A DNA stretch of 26,240 nucleotides from a virus. Its lineage: Duplodnaviria > Caudoviricetes. Positions within the stretch are counted from its first letter, which is position 1. Each line of letters opens with the position of its first letter. The notes below the pieces were generated by a model, which searched no databases, was not told the origin of the DNA, and saw nothing but the letters and a program-made list of their open reading frames with translations. The position numbers and the translations under genes are program-made. The stretch lies in IMG/VR virus record IMGVR_UViG_3300033416_000029, positions 1 to 26,240 of that record. One strand, given 5' to 3'. Positions 26,047-26,240 of this stretch are shown piece by piece.

Positions 26047-26074
26047 AGTTTACTTGATTTATTTACCATGTCAA
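26047..26074 (-). promoter_or_regulatory. Sigma70 promoter (TTGACA-16-TAAACT) for the RNA and HNH gene
   Basis: Consensus -35 at 26074-26069, -10 at 26052-26047. Confidence 0.7.
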
Positions 26075-26078
26075 GCAT

Positions 26079-26162
26079 TTACATTCCAATCAACACAGAT
26101 AAAACTTCGATCCTGCTAAATCCAGCTTTACGAAGTAGTTTATATTTAGCGATTAATTTCAT
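26079..26162 (-). CDS. Very small basic ORF (27 aa)
   Basis: MKLIAKYKLLRKAGFSRIEVLSVLIGM*; ATGA overlap with upstream ORF. Confidence 0.4.
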   Translation of the reverse strand: MKLIAKYKLLRKAGFSRIEVLSVLIGM

Positions 26163-26239
26163 GACAGCAACAACCACATAATCACTACCAGCACAATCAC
26201 AAAGCTTGCACCATGCGCGAACATTTCATATTTGTTCAT
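26159..26239 (-). CDS. Very small membrane ORF (26 aa; start context cut by window end)
   Basis: MNKYEMFAHGASFVIVLVVIMWLLLS*. Confidence 0.4.
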   Translation of the reverse strand: MNKYEMFAHGASFVIVLVVIMWLLLS

Positions 26240-26240
26240 T

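Noticed and set aside
1-26240. Integrase, repressor or prophage att site
   Set aside because: No tyrosine or serine recombinase motifs or host genes are visible, so lifestyle and the source of IntI cannot be determined from this window.

Overview
About 26 kb of a P22-like (podovirus-type) tailed phage or prophage. The host is probably a Betaproteobacterium, inferred only from the host-like SSB. The + strand runs: NinG C-terminus, a small promoter-driven module, Q-like antiterminator with pR'/tR'-like signals, GNAT acetyltransferase, TerS, TerL, portal, scaffold, coat, gp4/gp10-like tail proteins, three ejection proteins, tail fibre, an SGNH/SASA esterase-like gene and a lysis cassette (holins, M15 endolysin, Rz with embedded Rz1). 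The - strand carries early genes: small ORFs, SSB, Rad52/Sak-like annealing protein and an HNH nuclease behind a c4/CI-like structured RNA. The standout feature is at 22168-23977: six integron-type attC sites delimiting six gene cassettes, with no integrase in the window. Each cassette's start core is the reverse complement of its own end core over 9-11 bp, the signature of excisable cassettes. All six cargo ORFs look like small phage genes in the inverse orientation relative to attC, co-directional with the early operon, and three take their stop codon from the neighbouring attC. All protein calls rest on motif recognition and synteny, not database searches.
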